Shown: positions 34,286-35,679 of the stretch, one piece after another
How positions within the stretch are numbered: position 1 is the stretch's first letter
Layout of the letters: the number at the start of each line of letters is the position of its first letter
Assembly: GCF_001194135.2 (NCBI RefSeq)
Contig: NC_068981.1
Location: 9,634,929-9,670,607, forward strand
Source: Octopus bimaculoides
Taxonomy: Eukaryota
Length of the DNA stretch: 35,679 bases
Direction of reading: 5' to 3'
Notes under the pieces: generated by a model
Database searches by the model: none
What the model saw: the letters and a program-made list of their open reading frames with translations, nothing else
Told to the model about the DNA's origin: nothing
Program-made: the position numbers and the translations under genes

Positions 34286-34984
34286 ATACGTAATGATATA
34301 TGATACGGTTGAGAAACAGAGGTAGTAGCAACAGTAGAATCGTCTACCTTGAACATTTATATTTTGTATATAGTATAATACTCTGTGTGTGGTCATATTA
34401 CTGTTATACTAATTTGTTTTAATTGGGCGACCTCTTAATTTTATTTATATAAAGACTGAATCACAATTTAATTACAAGAAAACGAAAGAGAAGAAAGGGA
34501 TGGAGAATTAAGCAGCAGCAGATAGTGATGGAGAGCATACCCCAGAAAAAATAGTGTGTTTAGCCACATCCCCCGGACATGCGATGCCAAGGACTCTCGC
34601 AGCAGCAGCCATCTCACCTCGCGGTATTCATCTCTGAGACGAGTTGCAATTATTCCAAGTTTGCTGCGAAAATCGACCGTGTGAGATCCGAAAACATCTG
34701 AGGTCTCCACGGCGACCGACACAAACTGATAACTGCTGATCAGGCTCCTATATTTATTTTCCTTTTCTCCTCTGCGTCACGGGCGGCGAAACCCGGGTTT
34801 GCGGCCACCGTAAAAAGGTAAGAGCCTGGAGAATGTGTTGCCGCACGTCGAGTCCCAGATTAGGGATCTGCTCCCTCGTATTGAAAGAGGGTTATTCTAT
34901 CGGGGTGTTTACCGTCGAGACCTATTAGCTTCAGTTGAGACGGAAAGCTTGGCTCTGTGGCTCAGAAATTCTTCTCACCATGTT

Positions 34985-35008
34985 TATCTATCTATCTATC
35001 TATCTATG

Positions 35009-35082
<74 letters not shown>
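34985..35082. repeat. (TATC)n microsatellite
   Basis: Seen directly. Confidence 0.98.
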
Positions 35083-35099
35083 AACACACACAGGGAGGC

Positions 35100-35130
<31 letters not shown>

Positions 35131-35649
35131 TACTGAGAAGGGCATCGATGTTGCACGAGCACTATTTCTAGGTACATTGTTTCTTATAGCAGAACTAGTG
35201 GCATGCTAATGAAAGTGATAACGCAACACCTATCCTCTTTTTATTAATTGGCTTAAAATGCCTATAGCCTTCGTAGGCCCTCCTAGATCACTTAGATTGA
35301 TATTGTTATTGTGTGTGTGTGTGTGTATGTGTGTGTGTATCTGTGCGGGCGTGTGAGTGTGTATGTGTGTGTATAGGCGAAGGATATATACGTAGATATA
35401 TGCGTGCATGCGATAATATACGCAGTTTTAGACGCGTTTTGACCTTGTCACTACACAGTAATTTCCCTTTGTTTTTAACGGTCATTTTTCACAGGAATTT
35501 TCAATTGTCTGGATAACTGAATAGATGCTGGCATCCGAAACTCGGAGTTTTATCATGGCTACTGAATAAGTGTCACATATTTTTACAGATAAATTCCTCT
35601 ATTTGCATAATATCGAGGTCTCTTTCTTTCTTTTGTTGTCCTTCCTGTC

Positions 35650-35679
35650 ATGTATATATATATATATATATATATATAT
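35650..35679. repeat. (AT)n microsatellite, runs off window end
   Basis: Seen directly. Confidence 0.97.

Overview
Eukaryotic, AT-rich, microsatellite-saturated non-coding DNA (intergenic or deep intronic) with six assembly gaps. The repeat families match ones I recall from Octopus assemblies; this taxon call is inference. No host protein-coding exon, rRNA, true tRNA gene or CRISPR array is supportable, and most listed ORFs are microsatellite or N-gap artefacts. The window is a transposon graveyard. It holds: (1) a full-length 1286-bp DD34D mariner with 27-bp TIRs and TA TSD, whose transposase is broken only by four nonsense codons; (2) a 5'-truncated Penelope-like element with a GIY-YIG remnant and a structurally complete type I hammerhead ribozyme motif in its 3' region, plus a second degenerate hammerhead-like motif at 22.3 kb; (3) four RTE-clade LINE remnants, one apparently bipartite (5' end fused to 3' end); (4) an R4/Dong-like endonuclease tail and a ~550-bp non-coding retroposon, both embedded in (TAA)n; (5) many SINEs of several families, some in head-to-tail trains. 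Best leads: the ribozyme, the microsatellite insertion hub at 16.4-18.3 kb, and a link between SINE 3' tail type and target site. These are new-looking instances of known system types; I see no wholly new system.
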